Shown one piece after another: positions 25,547 to 38,066 of a stretch of DNA of 64,000 bases; the stretch's first letter is position 1, and every line of letters starts with the position of its first letter. The translations under genes and the position numbers were made by a program. Below the pieces are notes generated by a model, which had not been told where the DNA came from, did not search any database, and saw only the letters and a program-made list of their open reading frames with translations. This DNA comes from Octopus sinensis. Taxonomy: Eukaryota. The stretch is from positions 188,604,001-188,668,000 of the forward strand of contig NC_042997.1 in NCBI RefSeq assembly GCF_006345805.1. The letters are read 5' to 3'.

Positions 25547-27134
25547 GTGTGTGTGTATAGACAGACAGATGGACAGCTATGTCTTTTCTGATTTGAAAAA
25601 ACCTAACTGATTCCCCTATGTAAATTAAATTAAAGCTCAACACTGCACTGGTGAAGTCGGCTAGGTCAAAATACATATTGTAATTGGAATGTTCATTTGT
25701 ATCATTACCTCCTAAATAAATATGTAAATACAGACTCAATTCTTTCCCTTACAAAAGACAATGGATGAACCAATGAAAGTGAAGAGTGTAAAGGAATCCC
25801 TGCCAGTTTTTGAAATATGTGACAGTGAACATAACAAGAACAACTTAGGTGATGGCCTAAAGAAGAATACAAAAAGAAATTTGCAAAAATATTATAAAAC
25901 AAATATGAAAAAATGATATCACACAATTCTCTCCCTTATAAAAGAAAAAAATGAAACAACCGGGATGATGCTAAGGAGCTTCAAGCATTCAAAATGTGTG
26001 ATGATGGTCACAATACAAAACACCTTAGAAGGGGATGATCTGAAGAAGAACACAGCAAAGTGTATATTTTGCTTGCAAAGTCAGTATATACACTCAAAGT
26101 ATGGCTGCAGCGAAAACCAAAAGAGAAAAGTTGTTTTTAAAAAAAGGAAAAATTTCCATAAACATTTGAATTTCAAATGTATGTTACACCCACACAGAGG
26201 CAATTAAACAGATACAAATGCTTGGGCATACATGCATGCATGTGTTTGTGCATGCATGCATGCATGCATGCATATACATATGTGCATGCACACAATTTAG
26301 CAAAGAAAATACAGACCATGATCAAGGTTGAATCAAATTCACACCTTTCAGGTTCTATCATTATACTCTATCATGAATTTTAATTTAACTGCAGGCAATT
26401 CAAGTTTCAAATGGAACTTTTACATGCTTCTAAATGTATCGCATGGAATTTTTTAAAAAAGAAAAAACTTTCTTTAACAAATCTCCTGTCTACTTCCTAA
26501 ACAAGCAAGGAACAGAAAAAAAAAAACTGGCTAGTTCATTTTCTTTTACTTTCTTCTACATTAAGACTTGAAGGCACTTTTAAAAATATATTTTAATTAA
26601 TCAATCATCTACAGGTAAAGATTAAATCAGACATAAATAGGAGTATATATATATATATTAAAGTTAGAGAAATATTTTAAAGGGAAAAATTTGACAAGTC
26701 AGTCAGTCACCAGCTGACACTCGCTGATGATACATCGGAAGAGGCCAGGGAACAGAAGAAAGAAGAAGAAAGAAGACATGCACCCAACACCAGAGCTGAA
26801 GACACCTCCAAAAGGGGGGCCCTGACATGTCAAAACGGTAGAGGAGTAGGGGCCGAAACCAGACATGGTTCCTCCTGATGATGTCTTGAGCTAACTGGAT
26901 CCTATAAAGGAGCTGTTGTGGTAGCAGACCACGAAACACGGTTGTAATTCCTCCTGGTTTTAGTTATAGGACCGAGGCCATACTGGAGCACTTTCAAGGT
27001 ATTTTAGTCAATCATACTGATCCACATACTTATTTCAATCAGGTATTTATTTTGTCATGCTCTATTTTTCAAACTGCTAAGTTACAAGATATTGGAAAAT
27101 ACAGGATAAACAGCAATATTTTCTAGACTTGCGT

Positions 27135-27202
<68 letters not shown>

Positions 27203-27653
27203 GCCATCTGTCCCTCACAATATTAAATAACTTGGTAGCCTGAATCATGCTTTCATTAATTGGTTTGATCACAAACAGGCACTAACACCCTCGCAGACCC
27301 CCTTCCACCCCTTGATCCAGCAAAACATCCCAGGATGTAACATATGGAAGATCAGACAGCTAGCTGATACAACCTTGAAAGAATAAAAAGCAAAATAAAG
27401 ACAGCCTTGGCAAGATTTGAACTCAGAGTGACAGCTGGAACAGATGTCACAATGCAGTCTATCTGACACTCTAACAACTATGCCAACTGACCACTGTACC
27501 ATGGGTTTCTGTACAGTTTCCATTAACTAAATTCTGCTCATAAGACATTGGTCAGGCCTAGCCTGTAGTAGTAGAAGTAGTAGGATCAGATCATGAGTAA
27601 ACTTTTTAACCAAATACTTATACTTCTCGATTCTGACTTCAATTCAGATTAAT

Positions 27654-27911
27654 CAACTGGTGACACGTAAAAGCACCAACCAACCGTGGCCATTTGCCAG
27701 CCTCCTCTGGCCCCTGTGCCGGTGGCACATAAAAAGCACCCACTACACTTATGGAGTGGTTGGCGTTAGGAAGGGCATCCAGCTGTAGAAACACTGCCAG
27801 ATCAGACTGGAGCCTGGTGCAGCCTCCTGGCTTCCTAGATCCCCAGTCAAACTGTCCAACCCATGCTAGCATGGAAAACGGACATTAAACGATGATGATG
27901 ATAATGATGAT
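27654..27911 (+). mobile_element. Family C element
   Basis: Reverse complement of the 25273-type copy; ends AAACGATGATGATG. Confidence 0.9.
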
Positions 27912-28105
27912 GTAATGCTTATTTATTCACATTGTTTTGAATTAATCATGCATTGTTTCACAGCTTCAAGATTTTGACAATAAGATTGCTAATTTTCAAA
28001 ATGTTATCATAGATTATGCATGAGAAGCCAAAATTGACCAGTTTGAACATAAAACAAGGTAGAATATTTGGGCTGGGTATGACTGGTCCAAACACTAAAG
28101 GGTTA
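27912..28105 (+). mobile_element. piggyBac-like MITE, left end missing
   Basis: Matches the 51321-51548 body; ends ACTAAAGGGTTAC. Confidence 0.75.
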
Positions 28106-28514
28106 CGTTAATCCTATTTCTCAAATATGACATTATAAACCCTGACTTGATCGAAGAGTTTATTAATTCAATTCCCTCTCAACTTGTATGATAACTTTTC
28201 ACTTTTTTGTCTTCAAATAAAATCCATAACCTAATCATAAATTATATCCCCATGCAACTATTTGCAATTTCCAATGGGATTAGGAGAGGGGCTTGAAAAA
28301 TAGAAAAAGAAAGACAGTAATGTTTATGAAATAGAAGAAAAGAGCTGACATTCTTGTGTGTTTAAGAAGCTCTTTCCACAACCAAGTGGTTCTGGGTTCA
28401 ATGCCACTGTGTGGTATCTTAGACAACTGTCATCTATTCTAGCCTCATGTTAACCAATGGTTTATGAGTTCAATGTGGTAAATGTGCATGCGTGCGTGCG
28501 TGTGTTTTATGCTT

Positions 28515-28697
28515 CATCGTCATCAAATGTCTATTTTTAATGCTCATATGGGTGGAGTTATTTCAGGCAGATTTTCTAAGACCAGATGCCCTGATTCCAA
28601 GTAAGGTAATATTTCCCCCATGATCAGATGAACTGAATAACACTGCTTGTATGACAGTGACATTCATTTACAATGATCACACATGAAGACAAGGGGA

Positions 28698-28752
<55 letters not shown>

Positions 28753-28916
28753 CAGGCTTCTTTCAGTTTCCATCCACCAAATCCATTCATATAAGGCTTT
28801 GGTTGGCCTAGGACAATAACAAAAGACCCTTGCCCAAGATGCCACACAGTGGAACTGAACCCAAAACCATGTGGTTGAGAAGCAAACTTCTTACCACACA
28901 GCTATGCCTGTGCCTA
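28515..28916 (-). mobile_element. Hybrid A-head/C-tail SINE
   Basis: A head at 28750-28916, (CA)n spacer, then a body matching 7230-7470. Confidence 0.75.
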
Positions 28917-29879
28917 TAATGTAAAATAGTACATAGAGTTGTGTACTTTTAGGTTAAAATGTAACTTAGTCATATGATAACTAGAAATCAATAAAATATG
29001 AGACTGAAATAAGTACTGTTGTTGGTACAATTGACTAAAATCCTTTGAAGGTGGTGTCCAAGCACTGACACGGTCTAATGACTAAAAAGAGTGAAATAGT
29101 ATCTATTACTTAAAAAAGTATAGTTGTAAAAATAACTATATTTTTCAAAACTGCAGTAACACATCTATCTACATGTAGTTAAGCATAGAAACGGTAATTT
29201 CAAAGTGCTTTTTACAAAGGAATATTAATATTCCAGTTGATGACAATAACAATGGTAATAGATACAATATCAATTTAAATGGACATGTTGTTGCTTTTAC
29301 TCCATCTACTACACAGAAAATTACTTTGCTTTTAATTTTTACATTGTTAAAATAAATCAATGAAGCTAATTTTGGTCTTATCACATTTATAAATTAGATT
29401 AACATTAAAAGCAATTAGTGAGTGTTAAATTGACAATTTTTCAGTAGAAATTTGTTTCATAGAAGAGTTATGTATGAATGATAAGTTGACAAATTAAAAA
29501 GACATTTCCTCAAAAACATAGCATATTTCCTTCATGTAATATTTTTGTAATTAACAATGATTAAAAATCATCCATAAATGTAACTTCCTTTTAAAAAATA
29601 AAATAAAATTTGCTTTGAATAGTAAGAATATATTTAAAATTAAAATATCAGAGAGAAATTACAAACATATGAAGAGAGTATAAACATTATTTTCAATCAA
29701 ATACTTTTTTTTTTACTATCTATAAAATGTTCTTTTTTTTACATATTTGTCAGGTTAAATAGCATATTTTTTTCTTTTTCTTATTTCTTAAAGTGATTTT
29801 ACATCCATTTTCCAAGCAAGCATGGGTAAACTGACATTTTTTAAAAGTTGGATATCAATCCACCTTCTTCACCTACTAT

Positions 29880-30560
29880 TTATTCTTGGGAGGGCTGTTG
29901 GAGTAGAGTCCTCAAGCACTTCTTCCATAGGATCCTATCAGAAGTAACTATCATGGCATTTTCCAGCTGGATTCTCAAGCATGAACAACTGAGACTATAG
30001 ATATTATCCAACCATCCCGTTCTTGATCTACCCTTAGATCTGCCAGTTCGCTTGGCTTGAAAATTCTGTCTTGCGCTTCTTTCTTATAACATTCTGATCA
30101 CATGTTTCCAGTACTAGTGCTGTAACCTCTCAATGCAGAGAAGTAGCAGCTCAATCTGGAGAGCCTTCCTAATTTCTGAGCTGTGCAGCCAGAGAAGCAA
30201 TGTTACTCCAAAGATTCTTTAGAGTAACAGAACCCAATTATGACTGCTTGTATACACAATACTACTCATTTTGTCATTACCCAACATTCATGACTATAGG
30301 GGAGGATAGACACACAAACTGAATTGAAGACAGCATGTTTGGCTTTTTTATCAACCTCTCCTCTGCTGAGGATCAAATGCTGGCACTGGTACATTACTCT
30401 GCCAGTGCCTGCAATTTCTGCATCCAATTCAGCCTCCTTGCTTCCTTTAGATATTGAAGTATAAATTATTGAAGTTAATTTTCACTGCTAAATGTCTTTT
30501 CATTAACTAATGATGCTTTTATAGAATGACAGTAACATCTACTTTCCATCCAAGCAAATG
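29880..30560 (-). pseudogene. RTE-clade LINE 3' fragment
   Basis: Minus strand RTGRSKGRSRTGWL (GRPRTRW-like) and DRILWKKCLRTLLQQPSQE* terminus. Confidence 0.65.
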
Positions 30561-30606
30561 ACTGCAAACCTCACAGATATTGTTTAAAAAAGCTGTATTT
30601 TATGCT

Positions 30607-31061
30607 TTAACTCTTTTAGCATTCACATTATTCTATCAAAAGTAATGCTTCTTTATCCACATTGTTTTGAATTAATCATGCATTATCTTGTAGCTTTGAG
30701 ATTTTGATGAGGCAACTGTTAATTTTTAGAATGACATTATAGGATTGGTGTGAGAGGCCAGATCGGGCCACTTTGTACATAAAACAGGTAGATTATTTTG
30801 GCTGGATATGGCCAGTTTAACCCTGTAGCATTCACATTATTTTTGTCAAAAGTAATGCTTACTTATTCACATTGTTTTAAATTAATCATACATTATCTTG
30901 TAGCTTTGAGATTTTGATGAGGCAATTGTTAATTTTTTAGAATGACATTGAAGGGCAGAATTGAGAAACCAAATCTGGCCAATTTGAATGTAAAACAAGC
31001 AGACTATTTTGGCCGGATATGACCAGTTTAACAACTAAAGGGTTAAATGCCAAAAGGTTAA
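30607..31061 (+). mobile_element. piggyBac-like MITE with a second copy nested at its internal TTAA
   Basis: Outer copy TTAA at 30607 and 31058-31061; inner copy 30821-31042 flanked by TTAA at 30817-30820 and 31043-31046. Confidence 0.9.
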
Positions 31062-31635
31062 AACAATATCTTCCTCTTTTTACTACAACCTTTTAATACA
31101 AAATTTGTAATACTTACAGTTAAACAACCCATCAGACCATTTTCAAATGGTCTCTGGAAAGCTCTGGTGTCAGAGCACCATTCTAGTAGTTCTCGAGCAG
31201 CACTTTGAAAACCTGATGTAGAGGCCAGTTGCTGAGAAAAGAAATAAAGAAATTTTAATTGAAACTCTAAAAACCAAAAGGAAAAAAAACGTTTACACAT
31301 TTAAAGCTGGAGATTAGCATATTAGTTTATCAATGACAGGACTCTTAATTACAACGTGTCAATGTGTCGTGAGCTTGTGTTTGTGTTATGTCTGACTAGC
31401 ATTGAACAACAGCTTGTGGATATGGCATATACATAGTAAGACAAAGTCTACATTAAGAGCAAAGAAAAGACTACCCTCAGAACCCTACACTGGCAAAACG
31501 TTTTCCAGGAATGGCAGGGAATAGAATAGTATCAAGTGTTTGTTCTAGGTCAAAAATACAGGGACATTCTTAGGTGGTATCCATGTTGATCTTCAAAACA
31601 GAAAGTGGACATATAACATGTATCCCTATTATATA

Positions 31636-31847
31636 CAGTAATCCTTCACCATATCACAGTTTATTATTTAAGCTTATGTCAAGTCCTCCCTCAGTAGTGT
31701 TGTTTTGCATTTATAATAAAATAAATATAAATAAATTAGAAAAATAATAATAAAAATATACAGTACAGTACTGTTTCTACTTTGCGGATTTTCCCCTATT
31801 GCAGAGGGCTTTGGAATGTAACACCCACGATAGTCGAGGGATTACTG
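31636..31847. mobile_element. Pogo/Tigger-like MITE
   Basis: TA-CAGTAATCCTTC .. GAGGGATTACTG-TA: CAGT-initiated TIRs with TA TSD. Confidence 0.85.
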
Positions 31848-32475
31848 TATGTAGATTATCACTGAATAGCCATGGAAGAGGCAATGAAGACATTTCAACA
31901 TAAAAATTTTTTTAAATATTATGCTAATAATTAGTATATATAAATTTCTTTCAAACATTTGAGAGGGAGAGGGAGGGAGGGAGGGAGACAGAGAGACAGA
32001 GACAGACAAGAATGGGAGAAATAAGAACATACTTCTGACCACAGAATATGGGCTGACAACAAAATATACTTTTTATATTATCCATGACGCTTTAAACAAC
32101 ATGGAAGAAAAGACAATGGCGTAATTCTGTTTCTAAACGACACCTTTAAAAATACTTTCATAATACTTAAAAAGGCCCAACTATCATCTTCCAGATTATT
32201 TCAACACTAGGAACTCAAAACAAAAGTTGGCATTTGTAAGTCTGCTGCTTATAATAGATATACTACACTAAAATGAAAAGTGATGCAAAAACTCTTCAAT
32301 TGTATTATTTCTTCATGGTGTTTATTATTTCTTCATGGTGTTATTGAAGATAATTCTGCAATGTAAATGTGCTAATCCTTCCTCCATTAAGAGAATGAAA
32401 TGGTAATATGTAAAATTACTAATTGTAAAATGACGTTTGTGAGTATTAAGCTACCCACAAACATTAACACAAAAC

Positions 32476-33161
32476 ATGAATTTTATGTACATTATTTGCA
32501 ATGGACAGATAAGTGTCCTCATCTTGTTTGTTGTTACCACAACATTTCAGTTGATATACTCTCCAGCCTTCATCAGGTGGAATTTTGAACCCAACCCTTT
32601 ATTTGACTAACGGGGTACTCTGTTCCCATTCCTAAAGTATTCCTTTTTTGCTGATGTTATTTTTTCTGTTGATATTATTTCCCAAGTCCCTGACTGGCAC
32701 TGAACTCAGAATCCAAGGGTTAGTAGCCTGTGCTCTTATCCACTATGCTATATGCCCATAGGCAATTATAGAGTGAATTATAGAATGTATTAAGAAAAGA
32801 TAAAATATTAGGTTTATAAGCCCAAAATTTCACTCTATAATTACAGGCATACAGCATAGTAGATAAGAGCACAGGCTACTAACCCTTGGATTCCAAGTTC
32901 AATCTCAGGCTTGAGAAATGATATCAACAGAAAAAATAACATCAGCAAAAAAAAAAAAACCCTTAGGAATGAGAACAGAGTACCCCATTAGTCAACTAAA
33001 GGGTTAGGTTTGAAATTCCACCAGTACACCTGATGAAGGCTGGAGAGTAAGTACTTCAGCTGAAATGTTGTAGTAACAACAGGGTGAGGACACCTATCTG
33101 TCCATTGTAAATAATGTACATAGTTCCTATCTCAAAAATATAGAGTAGTATGAATTTTATG
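32476..33161. mobile_element. Divergent inverted dimer of a tRNA-headed, hammerhead-tailed Penelope-like element
   Basis: Arms of about 290-320 bp around a spacer of about 50 bp; A box TAGCATAGTGG (32740-32750, minus); CUGAUGA..GAAA cores at 32545-32576 (-) and 33030-33065 (+); direct repeat ATGAATTTTATG at both ends. Confidence 0.85.
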
Positions 33162-33301
33162 GATTTCTAGATTAATAAAATAATTAATATAACAGTAAAT
33201 GAAAAGAGTTTATCTTAACTAATTATTATCATTACAAGGGGGTGGTAGACTGGCAGAATATAGGTAGAACCAGTAGAACAATGAGAGCAATATGCTTTGC
33301 A

Positions 33302-33345
<44 letters not shown>

Positions 33346-34725
33346 GTATGTGTTATTTTACTGGCATTATATAAATAAGTTTCATGAAACAAGCTCCACC
33401 CCATTTTTTTTTCTATAGACAGTTAGCCTTCTCATTGTAAGCAATTTTTCTTGAGAATGAGAGAAATAAAGATAGAGACAGACAGACAGACAGGCAGGCA
33501 GAGACAAAAATGGACAGACAGACAGGCAGGGACAAAAATGGACAGGCAGACAGGCAGACAAACAGAGACAGAGAGAGACAAAGAATAGCTTTAGAAAGAT
33601 TTATTTATTTGCCAAAAGACTTTGTAGGTGACCTTTTTTTTTTTTTTTTCACACTATGTACCCTACTTACCTTTAACAGTATTATGTTAAACCACCAGAT
33701 CTGATTTACTACTGTACTCCAGCCCACCTAACATGAGACTTTCTTCTTAAAGATCAGTGTGTGTATGCGTGTGCAGGCTTTGCTCATAGGAACTCCACTT
33801 TGAGGGAAAAAAGAAAGAAAATAAAAAACCTGCTCTAACTAGATAATCTGGAATAACAAGATATCTTCTACAAGACTAGGTTAGAACACAATTGAAATGA
33901 GTCCTTCCCCACCTCTTTTTTCTTTTTTATCACAACACTAAAGATACCAAGAAGTCTAGGTCAACCATTCCCAAAATGTGTACCTCCCACAACTTCCTAG
34001 ACACTAAGTTTGGTTCACAGTGTGTCCTACCCTTCCAGTTAAAAGCTTTATCCAGAATAACAGTTGGCAAGAATATGGACAACAAAATTCGAAAACATAA
34101 CAATTAAAATTGAACATTCATTTCACAATACATAATAATAATAATAATATAATTGCAAATATTTAGATTAATCAATTTAACAAAATCAACCAACTTATTA
34201 ATCCATACATGCTTTTTTAAATTTTTTTAGTGAGCAGGGTTGACCGTTATTTAATGCTATCAGTCTTACACATATCATTTAACATCTATTTTGCTGTTCA
34301 GTCAATCTACAATGTCATCATGGAGTAAAAAGAATGAAGATATTCAGTACCAAAGTTCATCAACTGAAAATCTTCAGTAACTTAGCACAGTAACTTAGTC
34401 TATTGCCTTTCCTAGGAAACAACTCTGGTTTCTTTTTCCTATACTGACTCTAATAATTCTTTCTAATATAAGCACAAAGCCTAAAATTTTAGCAGATGGA
34501 GATAGTCAATTTCATTGACCCCAGTGCCCAACTAATATTTATTTTATGGACTCCAAAAGGATAAAAGACAAAGTCAACCTCAGCAGAATTTGAGCTTTGA
34601 ATAGAATGTAAAGCTAGAAGAAATGCTAACAAATCTGCTAACTCACTGCTGGCTAACCCTAATAATAATAAAACCAATCATTTCTAACACTAGTACAAGA
34701 CCAAATATTAGACAGACTAACAGAC

Positions 34726-34777
<52 letters not shown>

Positions 34778-34929
34778 ATTGATTACATCAACCTTTTTGG
34801 CTTCAATGGTACATATTTTATAAACTCCAGCAAGAGTAAAGGCAAATATCAACCACAATATGAACTGAATTCATAAACTACTGGATTTAACTGAAGATAT
34901 TTTGCTCCACCATATCTGTTATCTACCAA

Positions 34930-35137
34930 TCTAGGTACTAGTTTTGGCCAAGACCAGCAATTCTGAGGGAAGGGGAAAGTTGATTACATCGGCCCCAGTA
35001 CTTGACTGGTACTTTTTATTAGACAGGATAAAAGGTAAAGTTGGCCATTGTAGAATAAGAACTCAGAATGCAAAAGCCAAAGCAAACGCAGCTAAGCATT
35101 TCGTCCAATCTGCTAATGATTCTGCCAGCTTGCCACA
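34930..35137 (-). mobile_element. Family B SINE (diverged; two more decayed copies at about 34456-34860)
   Basis: GATTACATCGGCCCCAGTACTTGACTGGTAC..GCTAAGCATTTCGTCC..TCTGCCAGCT. Confidence 0.7.
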
Positions 35138-35531
35138 TTCATAAAAAACTAGCAGATATGGTCTTAACACCATAGATCTAAAGCAAAGAAATGAAGGTAC
35201 TTATTTCAGGTTTATCAACTAACATTTTAATTGCTATTTACTTAGCATAGTATATTAAATCAATGGAAACACTAAATATTAATATTTCCAGAAAACTTTG
35301 TATAAAATTTTAAGCAATATGCAAAATGACTTTTCAAAACTACTTCAGATATTTGCAATAATTTTATTTAGAAGCTTTTCATCATTTAATTAGTGGCATA
35401 AATTTAAATGATTAATTAGATTTCCTTCCTGTTTTATTTATACATATATATATGTCTGTGTGTGTATGGGCGTGCACATTCATATATCTAAGCATGGAAA
35501 GCAAATGTAAACTGATGATAATGATGTGTAT

Positions 35532-35576
<45 letters not shown>

Positions 35577-35720
35577 CACACACACATATGTGTGTATACA
35601 TGCATGCATACACAAGTACTGAACAAAAAATTATTGAGTAGCTCTTCCTTCTAATGTTAAATTGTTTTTATTATAGTTGACATAAAAACAAATATTTAAT
35701 ATTGAAAAATATATAAGACA

Positions 35721-35932
35721 GTGAGATGGCAGAATTATTAGCACACCAGACAAAGTACTTAGTGGCATTTCGATTGTCTTTACATTCCAAGTTCAAATGC
35801 CACTGAAGTCAACTTTAACTTTCATCTTTACAGGGTTGATGGGGAAAAGTACCAGCTGAATACTGGGATCGACGTAATCAACTAATCCTCCCCTGTGAAA
35901 TTGCTGGTTTTGTGCCAGAATTTGAAATCAAT
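35721..35932 (+). mobile_element. Family B SINE, GGCCTTGTGCCAAAATTTGAAA-type tail
   Basis: GTGAGATGGCAGAA..GTTCAAATGCC B box; tail as in the 39690 and 40246 copies. Confidence 0.75.
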
Positions 35933-36343
35933 ACTGACATAGTGTGTGTGCACGTGTGTGCGTATGTTTGTGTGTGCATCTTGATATCTGTTAGAGATGA
36001 TTTGAATATCTGCGCACGGAAAGTTTCTCACTAAAGTGCAGGTTTGAGTAAGATTTTTCTATTGAAGGCCGGTAACCTACTTACTCATCCATGTAAGTCT
36101 CTCCTCTTTGCACCAAAGGAAAGGCAAGACTGATGCAGCTTGGTTCTAGTGTTGTCATAAAGCAAAGAACCAGCATACATAATTTGAAGTATCACATTCA
36201 ACACTCTAAAAGTTTTGCCAATCTGTCAGAACGAATACAAAGCATTATGTTCTAACAATTCCTCAACTTGTGTGTGTGTATAATACTAAATATGATGTAC
36301 TCTTTGTACTCTTTAGAGTACATGTCATATGTGTTTTATTACT

Positions 36344-36574
36344 TATTTCTTTATAGCCCACAAGGGGCTAAACATAGAGGGGACAAACAAGAACAGACAA
36401 AAGGATTAAGTTGATTACATTGACCCCAGTGCATAACTGGTACTTAATTTATTGACCCTGAAAGAATAAAAGGCAAAGTTGACCTCGATGGAATTTGAAC
36501 TCAGAATGTAACGGTAGACGACATACCACTAAGCATTTCGCCCGGTGTGCTAATGTTTCTGCCAGCTCGCCACC
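36344..36574 (-). mobile_element. Family B SINE
   Basis: 14-bp TSD TGTGTTTTATTACT (36330-36343, 36575-36588); colinear with 47434-47666. Confidence 0.9.
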
Positions 36575-36859
36575 TGTGTTTTATTACTGCATGTGTGCAT
36601 GTGCACATACTGCATATTACTGGTTAGCATGTTTGTAGAAGGCCAAATTTATTGCAGATGCACGGTTTCAAATTCCAGGGATATTTATATGTATTTTGAC
36701 TATGTTCTGAACTGTTTGATGGTCAATCAGATGCATGCATGTGTGTGTGTGTGTATTTTGTTATAATAAGTATATGTGTTGCTTAAATGCTAGACATGGA
36801 TCTATATGCATGTGTGGATGTGAGGTAATGATAGGTATTTCAAAGGAAGAGAGTTTAGA

Positions 36860-37440
36860 GGTCGAGTCCATGGGAGTAGGTTGAGCATTCAGAGGGAAAA
36901 GTTGGGTTTTTGTCAGTGTTAGAGCTGAAAGTCAAGGGAACTGCAGTGCAAGGCTAAGCCCAAACATGTAGAGATGCTGGGTGGAGTGATTCATGGAGCA
37001 AACGTGGCATGAAACAGAGGAGTTTTTGCTAAGATAGATGTTACCAAGGTGTTTAGTAAAGCAATGAGACAGGTATCATCCAATCTGCCTGATATACTTA
37101 GGGAGTTACAGGGGGAGCATTTTAAGTAGTAGATGATATTGGTAGAGATGCAGGGGAAAGGATCAGATGCATAGAAGGAATGATGGCTAAGGCTGGTGAG
37201 GATGGCAGTGTTAAAGTAGAATGGATAGGCATGGATAGACATGGCAGCAGCAAGAGTGAGGAAGGGATCCAGGTTAGGAATAGTGAAGTAGAGAAGGAAC
37301 TATGAACAAGTAGTAGGTCCACATAGGATAAGGGCATAGTTAAAGGAATGAAAAGATGAGAAGCATAAGATGTGGGAAATGGTGGAGTCAGATGGGAGGC
37401 TTTGGAATGCAGAGGGTATAAAGTATGAGAAGCGTCATTT
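36860..37440 (-). pseudogene. Penelope-like element GIY-YIG endonuclease relic
   Basis: FPCISTNIIYYLKCSPCNSLSI fits the PLE FxCxSxNVIYxIxCxxCxxLYIGET motif, followed by decayed RLxxRFxEH-like and PxGLN-like segments. Confidence 0.65.
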
Positions 37441-37656
37441 TTTCAGAAGTAGGAACTGAAGAACCCTACCCCTAACACACACACACACATATCTTTCAAG
37501 AGAAACACTGCATTACTGTGTCTCTTTACTTTAGACCCTTGGGAGGGTGTAAGCATGGCCTAGCTTAATGATGCATGTACTAATGCAAACAGGTATTTGC
37601 CCAATATGTTAGAGACACTAACTAATATGTTAGTGTTTGCTTATTGAATTTAATAT

Positions 37657-38066
37657 TCTTTTACTCTTTTACTTGTTTCAGTCATTTGACTGCAGCCATG
37701 CTGGAGCACTGCCTTTAATCGAGCAAGTCGACCCTGGTATTTATTCTTTTGTAAGCCCAGTACTTATTCTATCGGTCTCTTTTGCTGAACTGCTAAGTAA
37801 CGGGGACATAAACACACTAGCATCGGTTGTCAAGCAATGCTAGGGGGACAAACACAGACACACAAACACACACACATACATATATATATATACACATATA
37901 TACGACGGGCTTCTTTCAGTTTCCGTCTACCAAATCCACTCACAAGGCTATGGTCGGCCTGAGGCTATAGTAGAAGACACTTGCCCAAGGTGCCACGCAG
38001 TGGGACTGAACCCGGAACCATGTGGTTGGTAAACAAGCTACTTACCACACAGCCACTCCTGCGCCT
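37657..38066 (-). mobile_element. Family A SINE, full length, young
   Basis: Reverse complement of 54057-54502 with CpGs retained; (CTTTTACT)n tail. Confidence 0.92.

Noticed and set aside
25997-26043. C/D-box snoRNA (GTGATGA..CTGA)
   Set aside because: Too short, no terminal stem, and the boxes are absent from the two homologous blocks.
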